Shown here: positions 33,113 to 35,087 of the stretch, one piece after another
Position numbering within the stretch: the first letter of the stretch is position 1
Layout of the letters: every line of letters starts with the position of its first letter
Origin: Hydrurus foetidus
Lineage: Eukaryota
NCBI GenBank assembly: GCA_900617105.1
Contig: UYFQ01000118.1
Span: 1-35,087, forward strand
Length of the DNA stretch: 35,087 bases
Reading direction: 5' to 3'
Program-made: the position numbers and the translations under genes
Notes under the pieces: model-generated
Databases searched by the model: none
The model's input: the letters and a program-made list of their open reading frames with translations, nothing else
Told to the model about the DNA's origin: nothing

Positions 33113-33332
33113 TATATAAGTAGCCAAAATTTCAAGCTGTAAATATTAAAATTAAGAAAGTTAGGACGTTTTTCATTTTTCTGGGTGAGGGGTGGTCGGG
33201 GTAACTCTTGGAATAAGGCTGTCTTTTGGATCCTGGATCCAGTCAAAGCACCTGGTTGATAGCAGTGATTCGTTTAGAACACACTTTGCTCTCAGCTAGT
33301 CGACCAAGGTCGCTTCAACAGCTCACTCTAGT

Positions 33333-33596
33333 GTAGGTATAATGGCACACAGCCATATAGTCTCTTTTAATTAGAAGTGCTCATTGTGTCAAAACATAGC
33401 AGTTCATGGCTAGCTATACTAGCTACAGTTGGCTGTTCACTGTCATCATCAGTTGCAACTTTCAGTACAGTTTGAGTGATGGTCTCGGGTCTGTGAGCGC
33501 TACCCTCGCTCCTCCACTTAGGCTTGAGTGATATTACCCAAAGGGAATTCCCCCAAAGGGATTGTCCCCATAGGGATAGCTATGCTATATCCAACA
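33333..33596 (-). repeat. Probable Copia-3 3' LTR (left boundary uncertain)
   Basis: Minus strand AGGGGGTG-type purine tract followed by TGTTGG at 33596. Candidate ...CCTACA end at 33333. No second copy to confirm. Confidence 0.45.
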
Positions 33597-33781
33597 CACC
33601 CCTAATGTCACAAGCATTCAGGCGGCATATTCATATTTCTTCATAGAAATGTAATCATAAATCGTGTTTGTAACTATGGTAAGCTATAGTGATCATACAA
33701 GTTTTGTTGCTAATAAAAGTTTTAAAAAATAGCTCAACTGTAAGTCAATAATGTGAAGTACTTAATTTCCTAGAATTTTCT

Positions 33782-35087
33782 TCACCAACTTGAAAAAATC
33801 GTTCCTTGTAGTGGCTTGGTGTAGTAATCGGATGTCATATCCTCGGTGGGCACGTAGACAATGTTTACGGCACCGATACGGATGTAGTCTGAGATCCAGA
33901 ATTGTCGTACCTCAATAAACCGGGTGGTCTCTGCGGTAGACCGACCTTTTTTCAGCAGCATGATGCATGACTGATTGTCTTGTTCCAGCCTCACTGGGTG
34001 TTTTCCATGTCCTTGGTATGCAATAAAACCAGCAAGCCATAGCGGAATGTTCATTCCGTCGGAAACCGCAATGATTTCGGACTCCGTACTTGACTTGGAA
34101 TTCAGCTTCTGGACCTTGGAACTCGAAATAAAATTCCCCACCCCTAATGTGACACACATTCCTGAGGTTGATTTCATTTGTTCTCTGTTAGCAAATGCAG
34201 CATCAATTGATACTGTGACTGTCATTGGCAAAGTGCAACCGAGTCGTAATGGCTTGTCTCTAGTAGCCCTCAAATAGCATATGAGCCTATCGAGTTTCTT
34301 GTCGTCTTCTGTTGTCGGTGCCTTTACACGTTTGCACAGTTCACCCAACACTAATACAATGTCTGGGCGTGTTCGGTTCCCCAGGTATAGCGCCGTAGCA
34401 ACGTCGGTGTGAAAGGTTTTAGCGTCTTTCTCATTCAGGAATTTGCAGTCCAAGGTCCGCTCAAATAGGTGTGGGGCACCCGGTGATGATGGGTCTCCGA
34501 TGAGCTTCATACCGCGTTCGGCATGGCTTTTTTCCCTTGATGATATCAAGTCTTGGATCATCCCGATCTGTGTTACCTTTACAAATCTAGGCTCAGTGTA
34601 ATCCCACATGCAACCTAGGTACGGTAGAACGCGCTCTTGGGTGGTACGGAATTGGCCGTACGTTTTCAACAAAATCTTTTCCATGTCAAGAACCGCTTTC
34701 TTGTCCACGCATGTCATCTTTAGATCGTCTACGTAGACTAGGATCGTAAATTGGTTGCCTTTGATGTCCTTGTTGAAGACGCAAATATCGCGCGGGTTAG
34801 CCGTGAAACCATTTGACCGTAGGGTTCCGGCTATCTCGTTGTACCATGGTTTAGCAGACTCAATACACCCGTATAGTGCTTTGTCCAGTCTCACCACCAA
34901 CCCTCCATTGTGTCTTCTGAAGGGCGAAAAAGATTTGTCTTGTTTGATGATGGCGTCGGTCACATTCTTATCGATATACATATGAAGGATTTTATCCGGT
35001 TTATCCATAGGCATGTTGGCGTTGAGGTACGCGGACCCAACGTCCCCGACCATGATGAAACGGTTTTCCGCAGCAGCAATCTGTGCT
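33782..35087 (-). CDS. pol: Copia-3 pol 3' part (RT and RNase H), runs off the right edge
   Basis: DVGSAYLNA, KALYGCIESA, LVYVDD, TRPDI, IDAAFA, SSTESE, QDNQSCI, DYYTKPL. Confidence 0.93.
   Translation of the reverse strand, partial: AQIAAAENRFIMVGDVGSAYLNANMPMDKPDKILHMYIDKNVTDAIIKQDKSFSPFRRHNGGLVVRLDKALYGCIESAKPWYNEIAGTLRSNGFTANPRDICVFNKDIKGNQFTILVYVDDLKMTCVDKKAVLDMEKILLKTYGQFRTTQERVLPYLGCMWDYTEPRFVKVTQIGMIQDLISSREKSHAERGMKLIGDPSSPGAPHLFERTLDCKFLNEKDAKTFHTDVATALYLGNRTRPDIVLVLGELCKRVKAPTTEDDKKLDRLICYLRATRDKPLRLGCTLPMTVTVSIDAAFANREQMKSTSGMCVTLGVGNFISSSKVQKLNSKSSTESEIIAVSDGMNIPLWLAGFIAYQGHGKHPVRLEQDNQSCIMLLKKGRSTAETTRFIEVRQFWISDYIRIGAVNIVYVPTEDMTSDYYTKPLQGTIFSSW

Larger units (their letters stand above)
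21071..33207 (+). mobile_element. Sola2-like DNA transposon, left end not found, interrupted by Harbinger
   Basis: Transposase ORF; ATTTTGACCC (22983) and GGGTCAAAAT (32990) become a close inverted pair once Harbinger is removed; candidate right terminus ...GGTAACTC at 33207 fits the 5'-GRG Sola2 terminus. Boundaries are tentative. Confidence 0.55.

Noticed and set aside
33536..33576. Three CCC-A(A/T)A-GGG mini-hairpins in the Copia-3 LTR
   Set aside because: Very short, with no comparative support in the window.

Overview
Eukaryotic, transposon-dense window (probably a stramenopile-like protist; this is an inference) with two three-level nests of mobile elements around one host gene. Nest 1: a minus-strand Ty3/Gypsy element (Gypsy-A, <1-13683) contains a Ty1/Copia element (Copia-1, 2136-12822, identical 236-bp LTRs, TSD CTAAG), which contains a deleted chromovirus (Gypsy-B, 3613-8805, TSD CCAT). 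Nest 2: a Sola2-like DNA transposon (~21071-33207) contains a PIF/Harbinger element (23015-32977, 18-bp TIRs, TSD TAA), whose transposase is split by a near full-length chromovirus (Gypsy-C, 25902-32645, TSD CGAG, TG...TA termini). Also present are a lone LTR, a Copia-like gag fragment with a CCCH finger, the 3' end of a third Copia, and a three-exon host gene fusing a PLOD-type glycosyltransferase to a GT90/CAP10 domain. The most striking signal is that none of the three well-defined 5' LTR junctions has a tRNA primer-binding site. Both Gypsy junctions carry different but equally placed perfect 12-nt palindromes, and Copia-1 carries a 13-bp fold-back onto its own LTR, which suggests tRNA-independent priming. 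The two chromoviruses also share a structured ~100-nt 3' UTR element. All alignments and translations were done by eye.
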